DNA of 41,517 nt from a virus (lineage: Duplodnaviria; Caudoviricetes). Below are positions 1-8,000 of this stretch, piece by piece; the stretch's first letter is position 1, and the number at the start of each line of letters is the position of its first letter. A model generated the notes under the pieces. The model did not search any database. It saw only the letters and a program-made list of their open reading frames with translations, and was not told the origin of the DNA. The position numbers and the translations under genes were made by a program. The stretch is from positions 1 through 41,517 of IMG/VR virus record IMGVR_UViG_3300033417_000026. The stretch is one strand, 5' to 3'.

Positions 1-823
1 TGTCCAAATTATGAAATACCACAAAATTCGCCCTCTCGGTGAACCCGGCTTCTTTTAGTATCTCTACTCCTCCTCGGTAAAGAATTGCGTACTTTAATTC
101 ATCCGAAAGTCGGCAAATTAATTCCTCTTTGTCGCATCTCAAAGAGGCTTCTAATTTAATCCCGTAAGTCTTATACGATTCTCTTGCGCCGTCCCAACCC
201 TCTACATGAAATGAATCGCAACATAACTTTTGACAGTCGCACAATTCGCCCCGGAAGTCCTCATTTAGCCACGAGTTATTAGTCGAAACAGAAGTGTTGT
301 CCAAAAGAATGTAAACCCTCTTGTTGAACGTCTTGAAATTCAGCGTTATCTCAACTTCCTCTCCTGAGATTAAACTTATCGGGAAAACAGTCGGAGTCGT
401 AGTAAGCAGCCCCTCGTAAACTTTTATCTGAAAATCGCCTGTGGTTTCAGAATAAACCCTGACTTTTTCTAAGTACGTGAAAGTGAGAGGGTTTTCAAGG
501 CGGGTTAATTTAATACCTCTCTCTAAAGGTTCGGGCGAATTAAATAACGTTTGCCAATTCCCGAACTCAAACAAGCGTACAGCACTCTTATACCTGTGAT
601 TCGGAAGCACCATTAGCGCCTCGTCAACTAATAACGACGAAGCAAACGCGCTCTTTTCGCAGCTTAAATGTACAGCGTTGTTAAATTTGGAATCCGTGAA
701 ATCGGACACCTTACCTAAAGAAAGTCCCTCTAAATTTTCCCAATAAAGCCCAGACCCGGACGCCTCGAACTCCTCATCCGCGCAAAGAGATCTGAATTTG
801 ATGAAGTTGTCTAAGCATTTCAT
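1..823 (-). CDS. Virion structural protein (probable head-tail adaptor), 5' part, runs off the left edge
   Basis: Not in the ORF track. ATG at 823 overlaps the upstream TGA (ATGA). The frame is open to position 1: MKCLDNFIKFRSLCADEE...ILYRGGVEILKEAGFTERANFVVFHNLD. Function inferred only from its position after the capsid genes. Confidence 0.7.
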   Translation of the reverse strand, partial: MKCLDNFIKFRSLCADEEFEASGSGLYWENLEGLSLGKVSDFTDSKFNNAVHLSCEKSAFASSLLVDEALMVLPNHRYKSAVRLFEFGNWQTLFNSPEPLERGIKLTRLENPLTFTYLEKVRVYSETTGDFQIKVYEGLLTTTPTVFPISLISGEEVEITLNFKTFNKRVYILLDNTSVSTNNSWLNEDFRGELCDCQKLCCDSFHVEGWDGARESYKTYGIKLEASLRCDKEELICRLSDELKYAILYRGGVEILKEAGFTERANFVVFHNLD

Positions 824-1200
824 TCATTGGGAATTACTTTCCTTTTTCGTCCGCGCTTTTTGGGAACTACAACCTCGGCGACAACTTCTCCGTCAACCTC
901 TCCGTAATACTCGTCTTGAATTTCTGTTTGTTCGTCTGGTTCTGATTTTTCCTCAATAGGAGATTTGGATTCTCTCATTCTCAAAATCCCGCCTGAAAAT
1001 TCCAAAGATTGAATTATAGGAGATTTGGCTTCTAACTGCAAACGGTGCAGGTGATCTCCCACCACTATTTCCGCATCCACGTCCCGATCATACAACCCCT
1101 GCTTACCACGAATACCTATTTTAATTCGCTTCAAAGGCGCCCTGTCCTTTCCCACAACGGACAACGTAACCACCTTACCCGTTACGTGTTTCACCCGCAT
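820..1200 (-). CDS. Head-associated hypothetical protein with acidic linker and basic KKRGRKRK tail
   Basis: ORF track 820..1290; likely start ATG 1200 (MRVKHV) or 1227. Directly follows the capsid gene. Confidence 0.6.
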   Translation of the reverse strand: MRVKHVTGKVVTLSVVGKDRAPLKRIKIGIRGKQGLYDRDVDAEIVVGDHLHRLQLEAKSPIIQSLEFSGGILRMRESKSPIEEKSEPDEQTEIQDEYYGEVDGEVVAEVVVPKKRGRKRKVIPNE

Positions 1201-1225
1201 GGAGGCGCTCAGGATGAACGCCCCC
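1201..1225 (-). terminator. GC-rich stem-loop downstream of the major capsid gene (stabiliser/attenuator)
   Basis: Sense sequence GGGGGCGTTCA-TCC-TGAGCGCCTCC, an 11-bp stem including G-U pairs. No U-tract follows. Confidence 0.45.
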
Positions 1226-1268
1226 ATTGTCGGATGTAACAAACCCACTAAACCAGAATTTGAAATTA

Positions 1269-2366
1269 TCATGACAGAATTGATTCGCAAACCGTGTCGT
1301 CACTACATTCTCCGATGTAATGAAACACATCCTTCACGCCTTCAAGAGAATCGCCCGTCGCGAACAAGTCCGACGGATAACCCCATGCCGTCCACCTCTT
1401 TACAAGTTGAACGTTGTACACGGTATCGTAATCGTCATCTCCCGCTTCGCCGTCGTTACAATGCGCAAACTTCGCGTAGAAGTCCCACAGTAAATTCGGG
1501 AATTGATTGTCCGGCATCGTGATTTTGATATGATCCGGCGACCGGAACTCAAACTCGCCCCGATTGTGATTCGTGTCTACAAATTGAAGCGCACCCGGAA
1601 CCATTACCCAGATGTTATTCGCAACCCCCTCGACGGTGTCGATAGTCGTGTCCAGAATGTAGCCGTTTATTTGCGCAAGTTGACCGGCGTTGAATCCAGC
1701 ATCGTTGCAACAAGCTATTGACTTCATTATCGCGTACCGCCTCAACAAACCGGCCCCGATTTTCACCGGCATCATTCCGCCAAGTTCCGCGTCGGTCATG
1801 TCCTCTTCCATTACGATCTCTCCCAAAGGGTTGATCTTGTTCTCCGTAGTCTGGAAAAGAGGAATTACCTTAGGGCCTGCGACACCACCGGCGAAATTGC
1901 CAACAAATCCACCAGAGGAAATTAGCGTTACCAAATCTCGATTTAGAGCAGACTTCAATGACTGCATACCGGAATTGATAACCTCGGCAATGTGGTTACT
2001 TTTCCCTTCACAGAAGTCCCTCATTTGCTTATATTGAAAAGTAAACACCTCCGACCTCCGTTCCTGGTCGATTGCAAGACTTTGAAACTGATAACTCTTT
2101 GGAGTTACCGGATCGCAATAAGTCCCCGGCGTCGAGTCGTATGCCGAAAGAGGAGTCCTTTGCAAAAATCGGATTCGGGCGTCGTGCCTTTTACCGTCGC
2201 TTCCCGGATCAAGCTCTACGGAAAACCCCCCGGCGTTCCGGTTCTGATCCGAAAGTACCCAAGCCAGCGTACCCTGATTCGGTAGAATCGCAGTCGCCGA
2301 CCTGATTTGCTCGCTAAACAACTTTTGCGTTAGCGTGTAACAAAATTCATTCATGTCAACAGCCAT
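1269..2366 (-). CDS. Major capsid protein (probable HK97 fold)
   Basis: 365 aa, directly after a coiled-coil scaffold gene, with a dedicated leader and a downstream hairpin. Size and synteny fit. Confidence 0.75.
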   Translation of the reverse strand: MAVDMNEFCYTLTQKLFSEQIRSATAILPNQGTLAWVLSDQNRNAGGFSVELDPGSDGKRHDARIRFLQRTPLSAYDSTPGTYCDPVTPKSYQFQSLAIDQERRSEVFTFQYKQMRDFCEGKSNHIAEVINSGMQSLKSALNRDLVTLISSGGFVGNFAGGVAGPKVIPLFQTTENKINPLGEIVMEEDMTDAELGGMMPVKIGAGLLRRYAIMKSIACCNDAGFNAGQLAQINGYILDTTIDTVEGVANNIWVMVPGALQFVDTNHNRGEFEFRSPDHIKITMPDNQFPNLLWDFYAKFAHCNDGEAGDDDYDTVYNVQLVKRWTAWGYPSDLFATGDSLEGVKDVFHYIGECSDDTVCESILS

Positions 2367-2386
2367 AACTTTAGATTTAAGTTAAT

Positions 2387-2439
2387 TAAAAATGGGCATC
2401 CTCTTGGATCATACCCGTTATGGCAGGTGGGAAACCTCT
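2387..2439 (-). promoter_or_regulatory. Structured leader motif, copy A (upstream of major capsid)
   Basis: AGAGGUUUCCCACCUGCCAUAACGGGUAUGAUCCAAGAGGAUGCCCAUUUUU; matches copies B-D. Confidence 0.75.
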
Positions 2440-2479
2440 TTCTACTTCTTCGGCTTAATTGTGCCGCAACCTCTACACT

Positions 2480-3325
2480 TCATTTTCTTTTCATTGCGCG
2501 TTCCGCTCGGTCTAATGCGTCTTGTTGTTCAACAGTAAGTTTTCTGGAAGGCGGGGTTCCGTTTCCCAATTGAGATGTTTCTGGAATTGTAATCGACCTC
2601 TGGAATTGTTGTGTGCTTCCTAACAAACCCTCCTTATCAATTATATCTTGCAGCGCCTCTGGAATTTTCAAAAATTCCGTCTTGCTTTTGGAAACTCTTT
2701 TCGCCGGGTTGCCCTTTTCACGAAGCTCGTACTCCGCGCCCTCTTTGGTTACGTTGTAATTCCCGTATAGTTTGTCCTTAATTAAGGAAAACGTCTGCTT
2801 TGGTGAAACCTTTAGATTTTTAAGGGTTCCTAATTGTTCAATGATGTGCTCATCCCGGAACCAATTACTCTTGAAAGTTTCAATCTCCTGCTCCTTAGCG
2901 AGTAGTTTGTCCTGAATATCCCTTTCCATTGCAGTCTTTGACGCCTCGACCGCGTGAAGTTGCTCCTGAATTTCGGAAACGTCGTCGTTTGTCCTGCCAG
3001 AAATTGCCGCGTTGTAATCTTTAATAAATTCGTCTAAGCTCCGCCCTTCGGCGTACTTAGAAGCATCAAGTTTAGCGGCCTTTCCTAACTTTCTTAATAG
3101 GGAATTGTAAACAAGCCCCTTAGCTTGCTTCTCAAGCTCAGGCTTCATTTTTGAAACCTCGGTAGTAACGTCCGGAAGTTCGTTTTTGACCTGCTCTCTG
3201 ATCGCGGTCATGTATGTTTCCGCGTCTTCCTCTGGTTTTAGGTCTTCGTCACCGTCAAGGTAAGCATCTAACTTCTCCGTTGGGAAGTCAAGATGTTTCA
3301 GAAGTTCTTTCAGCTTTTTGCTCAT
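2480..3325 (-). CDS. Capsid scaffolding protein
   Basis: 281 aa, highly charged and helical/coiled-coil, immediately upstream of the capsid gene. Confidence 0.65.
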   Translation of the reverse strand: MSKKLKELLKHLDFPTEKLDAYLDGDEDLKPEEDAETYMTAIREQVKNELPDVTTEVSKMKPELEKQAKGLVYNSLLRKLGKAAKLDASKYAEGRSLDEFIKDYNAAISGRTNDDVSEIQEQLHAVEASKTAMERDIQDKLLAKEQEIETFKSNWFRDEHIIEQLGTLKNLKVSPKQTFSLIKDKLYGNYNVTKEGAEYELREKGNPAKRVSKSKTEFLKIPEALQDIIDKEGLLGSTQQFQRSITIPETSQLGNGTPPSRKLTVEQQDALDRAERAMKRK

Positions 3326-3350
3326 TGCTCATAAATCGCGCTGATTTTAA

Positions 3351-3406
3351 TGAAAAGGTATAAGCATAACCTTCAATGCGTACTCTTGGTAGGCCCGCCG
3401 GCCTCA
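3351..3406 (-). promoter_or_regulatory. Structured leader motif, copy B (diverged; upstream of scaffold)
   Basis: UGAGGCCGGCGGGCCUACCAAGAGUACGCAUUGAAGGUUAUGCUUAUACCUUUUCA. Confidence 0.55.
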
Positions 3407-3412
3407 TTGTTG

Positions 3413-3757
3413 TCATTTAATCTTTCGTGGACGGCCCCTCTTAACAATGCCGACAATTTCTTTTTTTTTCTCTTGTACCGGCTCTGGAATCGGCTCCGAT
3501 CTTGTTAAGTTAACGTCAATCGGTTCGTCAGGTTCCCTTGTGTTATCAGGTACGGCCTCCCTATTAACCTTCATAAAAATCTTAGCCTTTGAACTCTTTG
3601 ACACCCTATTTGAAATATCCCGCTTCGCGCTCTCCTCAGGGCCACCGCTCAATACTTGAAACTCGTCTTTCCTGTGTTGTTTCCAATACCTGTACGAGTT
3701 TACAGATACCCGCGCGTTCTTTCCCGTACTCCTGTTTTTTAGGTAAATCCAAGCCAT
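3413..3757 (-). CDS. Basic hypothetical protein with C-terminal AT-hook-like KRGRPRK
   Basis: ATG 3757 (MAWIYLKN) just downstream of a consensus promoter. The ORF track start at 3775 lies inside that promoter. Confidence 0.65.
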   Translation of the reverse strand: MAWIYLKNRSTGKNARVSVNSYRYWKQHRKDEFQVLSGGPEESAKRDISNRVSKSSKAKIFMKVNREAVPDNTREPDEPIDVNLTRSEPIPEPVQEKKKEIVGIVKRGRPRKIK

Positions 3758-3772
3758 TAGTGCAAATTTAGG

Positions 3773-3804
3773 CAAATGTAAGTAAACTATTTGTATTTTC
3801 CAAA
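3773..3804 (-). promoter_or_regulatory. Bacteroidota primary-sigma promoter
   Basis: TTTG-N20-TACATTTG, matching the -33/-7 consensus TTTG...TAnnTTTG. Confidence 0.75.
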
Positions 3805-3814
3805 TTAAGAACGA

Positions 3815-4648
3815 TCAAGCCGCCTCCTGTTCCTCTAAAAAGAACGGAATCGCCTCATGCCGACATCCGTACCCCCCTCTGTAAACCGAAAAATTGTCTG
3901 GATTTGTTCCCGGTATCATTCCAGCGCCGTTGGCGTAAGCCCATGCTATTTCAGTTTCCAGGTCCTCAAGAGTCAAAATACCCCCGAAGTCGTTCACCCA
4001 CCTGACACATTGCGGGCGCGAATCTTTCACAAGGCCCCCTATGTACCTAAATGCGTTCATCTCAAACTTCTTTCCAACTGCCTGATGAATTAACCCCTGG
4101 TATTGTTGCGTTGCGTCTATTGCCACCTGCCTTACTTGTCTTTGTAAAGCCCCGCCCACTCTTTGTTGTAGCTCTCTCTGTACGTCGGTCAAAGAACTTC
4201 CCAATATCAATCCCCTGCTTAAAATCTCTTTTATCGGCTGAATGAACGCCTTACCTAATCCCTGGTTAGTTAACTGATCTAAAGTATTAGAAACCGCCCA
4301 TTTCTGAAACTTAGTTAAGGGTAATTTACTAATAGGTATCTTCGCCACCGCCTCAACCATCCTCGCGCTCTGCTTTTCCAGCACCGGAAACACTTGTAGG
4401 TACTCGCTTACCGCCTTTAAGTAACCGCTTTTTTTAAGCGTCTTGAATATCTCGGCCTCGATCTTGTTAATTAACTCTTGAGAATACCTGGTAGCCTTTA
4501 AGCTCCCTGCTTGTGTGTCGAAATTGCCTATGTACTTTTGTAAGACTGAAATTATAGTCTTCTCAATATCTGGAATCTTCCTTAACAGCTTCCTTGCCGC
4601 CTTCTCTGATAAGGAATCGTTTTGCGCTATAAGATCAGAAATCGCCAT
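3815..4648 (-). CDS. Head morphogenesis / minor capsid protein (SPP1 gp7 / Mu gpF-like)
   Basis: Follows the portal. Carries YIGGLVKDSRPQC and a C-terminal GGYGCRH motif typical of this family. Likely start MAISDL at 4648. Confidence 0.75.
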   Translation of the reverse strand: MAISDLIAQNDSLSEKAARKLLRKIPDIEKTIISVLQKYIGNFDTQAGSLKATRYSQELINKIEAEIFKTLKKSGYLKAVSEYLQVFPVLEKQSARMVEAVAKIPISKLPLTKFQKWAVSNTLDQLTNQGLGKAFIQPIKEILSRGLILGSSLTDVQRELQQRVGGALQRQVRQVAIDATQQYQGLIHQAVGKKFEMNAFRYIGGLVKDSRPQCVRWVNDFGGILTLEDLETEIAWAYANGAGMIPGTNPDNFSVYRGGYGCRHEAIPFFLEEQEAA

Positions 4649-6326
4649 TTTCGTTTTTATCTTTATTCTCGTTCTTTTCACTTAATTCAGACAAGATCGA
4701 ATCAAACGCCGGCGCCTCTACGCTAAAGGCTTGCAATTCCTTTTTGAGTTTCTCACTTAAAACTTGCAAATCCGCTGCCATGAACGCCTCCGGCCCCATG
4801 TCTAGCAAGAGTTTGTTCGCCTCTGGGACTACGTGATTCACCCGCCGATATTCGCTCTTGTCCATCGTTCCATTAGCAAGAAACATATCCCTTTTTGAAG
4901 TTGGGTAAAGGTAGAGCGGCTCGGTAATTATAGCCAATTCCTCAATTCTCCTGGAAACTTCGTCGGTCGAAAACCTCCTTTTTATGTAGTCCAGGTAAAT
5001 ATTTAGAATTACACCATAAGAAAGATCGTTTGTAACGGCGTCCCTATACTCTGCCAACAGTTCCAGCTCGTCTTTAATCTTAAAAGAGATAGGCTTTATG
5101 ATCTTAATCTCGTCTGCCTTTCCGGGAAACTTCATCTTGAGCATCCAATTCAACGTCTTTCTCATTATGCCATCAAACCAATACCCCTGAAAGTTGAATA
5201 ACATTGAAAACTTGTCTTCCCGATCTTTGTCTTTAGCCGTGCCGCTTTGCGCCATTTCGATAAATCTCTGGTGTAATGCCTCTTGTGCCTTTACCAAGTC
5301 TTTGTCGCTGACTTCGCCCGAAAGAGATATTATAGCAGTATCCGGATATGCGAAGTCCAGCGCCTTCGTGTTCGTTTCGTGCCTCTCGTCTAAGATAATT
5401 CCTTTGTAAACGCTTGTTGGTACGACTTTCCCGGTTCCTTTACACGTCTTGCACTTCTCTACAAATTCGCCGCTATCGGTAAAGATTCGCCCATCTCTAC
5501 ACCCCTGCGCCGTGCATGGTAAGGCTCGCATAATCCTAATAGGATATGCGCTCGTAACCATAGCTCCCTTGTGAAGTTCTTTGTTTAATAGCGCGTGATT
5601 CGCATGAGATATAAATGGTGAAAAGTCCGAGTCGAACCACTTTTTTTCAGTGCCGTCAAAATCAACCTCTCCTGTGGGTATTCCTTTCAAAACAACGTAA
5701 GGCACTTCTCCTAAGCCATGCGTTGCGACCGAAATAAGCTCATATCTGTCTTTCGACACAGGAACGTAAATAAGATACTCTAAATCGGTGAGTATCTCAT
5801 AGGCATCCAGACTACTCGCGCCTACTTTTACTTTCTTTTTTGACCTCCAAATGAAAATATCGTCGCTAACGTATCTGATCTGTGATGAATGAACCAATTC
5901 CATGTCCGGGCCTGCCTCAAGCAGTTTCACCACAAGGCACCCGTTAGGGTCTTCCAACTTTCTCCAAAGTACGGTCTTGAAATAGAACTGGTTCCCGGAA
6001 AGGGAGTCGAACTGCTTGTCATTCCACCAGCTTAAGAAATAATCAGGTGCAACAAGCGACCAATTACTTTCGGATAAGGCTCTATACAAGTCCGTATATC
6101 CTCTATAATAAATCCCCTGCGTAATGGCCTGATAATTCCGCTCCCGGTACTGAACGACGTCGGCCTCCTCGTTAGGAAACGCATTTAGGAATAGGTCTTT
6201 AGGAACCGCCCCCCGTGAGTGAACGACAACCCTCCTAAAAACCTTATCCCATTTGAGTTTCAGCTCCGGCTCCCTCAAACCGGCAATGCCCTTTTTTAAG
6301 AGTCCAGCTACCTCGTCAAAGGTCAT
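4635..6326 (-). CDS. Portal protein with an inserted Cys4 zinc-finger-like segment
   Basis: About 563 aa from ATG 6326 (ATGA overlap). HGLGEVPYVVL resembles the SPP1-type portal H-x-l-G-x-V-P motif; later AQSGTAKDKDR. Lies upstream of the gp7-like gene. Confidence 0.75.
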   Translation of the reverse strand: MTFDEVAGLLKKGIAGLREPELKLKWDKVFRRVVVHSRGAVPKDLFLNAFPNEEADVVQYRERNYQAITQGIYYRGYTDLYRALSESNWSLVAPDYFLSWWNDKQFDSLSGNQFYFKTVLWRKLEDPNGCLVVKLLEAGPDMELVHSSQIRYVSDDIFIWRSKKKVKVGASSLDAYEILTDLEYLIYVPVSKDRYELISVATHGLGEVPYVVLKGIPTGEVDFDGTEKKWFDSDFSPFISHANHALLNKELHKGAMVTSAYPIRIMRALPCTAQGCRDGRIFTDSGEFVEKCKTCKGTGKVVPTSVYKGIILDERHETNTKALDFAYPDTAIISLSGEVSDKDLVKAQEALHQRFIEMAQSGTAKDKDREDKFSMLFNFQGYWFDGIMRKTLNWMLKMKFPGKADEIKIIKPISFKIKDELELLAEYRDAVTNDLSYGVILNIYLDYIKRRFSTDEVSRRIEELAIITEPLYLYPTSKRDMFLANGTMDKSEYRRVNHVVPEANKLLLDMGPEAFMAADLQVLSEKLKKELQAFSVEAPAFDSILSELSEKNENKDKNENGDF

Positions 6327-6886
6327 ATATCTAAAGCAGCAACTATCCCCGGAACGTGAACCGGCACGATGTGATCGAAGTCCTGGAAGGTAATCGTAGC
6401 CATCCAATGCGTCGTACCGTCCTGGTTGTTATCCTCCACAACCCGCCGGGCGTTGAATGAGAACCTTTTTACAAACCCGTAAATCCGCTCATCGCACGTA
6501 ACGAACCCTACCTGATACTTACGATAATTCGAGTTTATGTTATTGTAAAAGTCGTCCTGCGTGAATCCGAGGGTCAAGTCTTCCGCATTGAAGTCGGTAA
6601 TCTCCCAAGTGTGCGTCCTGGACATTATTTCATCCGGCACACACGAGTCGATCTTCTTCGCCCCCGCTTCCGCTTCTGGAATTGATCCTATAATATGCCC
6701 AAAAGGAGTGTGAAACAACTGACCGGCGTACTTCTTCGTCGCGTACTCCGTTGGGTCAGTTGGGTCAGTAAGGTCATCGGTGGCGCATAGCATGAAAATT
6801 AATCCCTGCCCTCCACCGGAAAGCACCACTCTATCGCAAATTGGGATAATAGCTGGCGGTGTAACTGCACATTGCAAGCAATCCAT
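6323..6886 (-). CDS. Probable major tail tube protein
   Basis: 187 aa, beta-rich, acidic, with its own promoter element and leader motif, as expected for a high-copy virion protein. Inference from size and context. Confidence 0.55.
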   Translation of the reverse strand: MDCLQCAVTPPAIIPICDRVVLSGGGQGLIFMLCATDDLTDPTDPTEYATKKYAGQLFHTPFGHIIGSIPEAEAGAKKIDSCVPDEIMSRTHTWEITDFNAEDLTLGFTQDDFYNNINSNYRKYQVGFVTCDERIYGFVKRFSFNARRVVEDNNQDGTTHWMATITFQDFDHIVPVHVPGIVAALDI

Positions 6887-6909
6887 AACTGTATGTTTAT
6901 TAATTAGTT

Positions 6910-6957
6910 AATGGCATCCCTAAAGGGATCATGCTCGTATTGCAGGTCGGCGCCTCA
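6910..6957 (-). promoter_or_regulatory. Structured leader motif, copy C (upstream of tail tube/portal operon)
   Basis: UGAGGCGCCGACCUGCAAUACGAGCAUGAUCCCUUUAGGGAUGCCAUU. Confidence 0.75.
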
Positions 6958-6961
6958 CGTA

Positions 6962-6969
6962 CAAAGATA
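6962..6969 (-). promoter_or_regulatory. Bacteroidota -7 promoter element
   Basis: TATCTTTG 5 nt upstream of the motif's GAGG. The -33 element is weak. Confidence 0.6.
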
Positions 6970-6980
6970 ATACTTTTTTA

Positions 6981-8000
6981 TCAGTCACAATCCCCTGTTT
7001 CTCCGTTACCTGATCCACAGGGCTTCTTTAGTGTCGCTTGTATGTGCCACATTCTCCCAACTGTGTTATTTTTCGATATATCTGAAATCTCATTGAACCT
7101 GAAAAGAATCGCCGAACCCGCCTCAAGCAGGAATATCAGAACCTCGACACCCCCGAACAAAGCAGTAAGTTGACTCTTTTCGTACACCGGAACGGGGTAG
7201 ATAGAAAGCAGATACTCATCCTTTGTTGTGACTTTAGTAACTACTTCATTATCATTGGTTTCTCTTTCGTAAGTAGTCCTTATGTGTTCCAAAACGCCCC
7301 GGTAACGTTTTTGGTTTACAAAAGCAAGATTTTGATTCCCAACGAACTGATCTTCACGGTCGGGATCGGCAATTCCGTAATACTGCCGTTCACAGTCGAA
7401 CCGGGCGTAATCGGCCCTGATTCTAAAGGTTTCCTCACACGCGGGATCAATGACCTCAAAGGGTTCCGAGTAGAAAAAGGCAGTAGTTGTGGGAGTGTCT
7501 TTGTAGGTTATCTTAAAACGAAAGCAGTCGCCTATTTCGTACAGCTCCTCGCTCACAATTATTTTAATGTTCTGGTAAGTAAATCCCCCTGATCCACCTC
7601 GGACAAATCTATTACCACCAAGCCTTCCAACGGCCCAATTTGTCGCTATATCCCCGAAATCGCCTTCAATTATTTCGCAGTCCTTATCCACCAGGTCTAA
7701 GTCTATATACCAGTCCCCCGTTGTGCCGTCATTCCAGCCGTGTTCTAAAGTGTCGCCGTTGACTAAGTCCCGAACCCTAAACTGCATGTGAATTGTGTCG
7801 CCAATAATTACAGGTTGTTGATACTCTTTATCCCCTGCACACAAATTACAATTCCATCCTGTGTCACATTCGTCTTTCCAACCTGGAGGAGTCGGCTCTC
7901 CGCACATGATCTTTTGTGGAAGGTCAAGATAGATCGTATAGCTCTCCCTATCTGACTGTACGTCCGCGTTTGTGTAAGTAAAATTTGATTCGGTACTCAT
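6981..8000 (-). CDS. Minor tail / baseplate structural protein
   Basis: 339 aa, acidic and Cys-rich, coupled by ATGA overlap in the operon after the tape measure. Confidence 0.55.
   Translation of the reverse strand: MSTESNFTYTNADVQSDRESYTIYLDLPQKIMCGEPTPPGWKDECDTGWNCNLCAGDKEYQQPVIIGDTIHMQFRVRDLVNGDTLEHGWNDGTTGDWYIDLDLVDKDCEIIEGDFGDIATNWAVGRLGGNRFVRGGSGGFTYQNIKIIVSEELYEIGDCFRFKITYKDTPTTTAFFYSEPFEVIDPACEETFRIRADYARFDCERQYYGIADPDREDQFVGNQNLAFVNQKRYRGVLEHIRTTYERETNDNEVVTKVTTKDEYLLSIYPVPVYEKSQLTALFGGVEVLIFLLEAGSAILFRFNEISDISKNNTVGRMWHIQATLKKPCGSGNGETGDCD

Noticed and set aside
1269-1299. -1 frameshift extending the capsid protein into the 820..1290 ORF
   Set aside because: The -1 frame is open over the last capsid codons, but G GTT TGC is not a proper slippery heptamer, the hairpin is too far away, and the downstream gene has its own ATG.
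2387-2439. Leader motif as a hammerhead, HDV-like or other known ribozyme or riboswitch
   Set aside because: No CUGAUGA/GAAA core, no nested double pseudoknot, and no match to riboswitch consensus sequences I can recall. An Rfam search is still needed.
3337-3395. Plus-strand TCGCGCTGATTTTAA resembling the 5' end of a SAM-II riboswitch
   Set aside because: Antisense to the genes and lacks the downstream SAM-II elements. The region is better explained by leader motif copy B.
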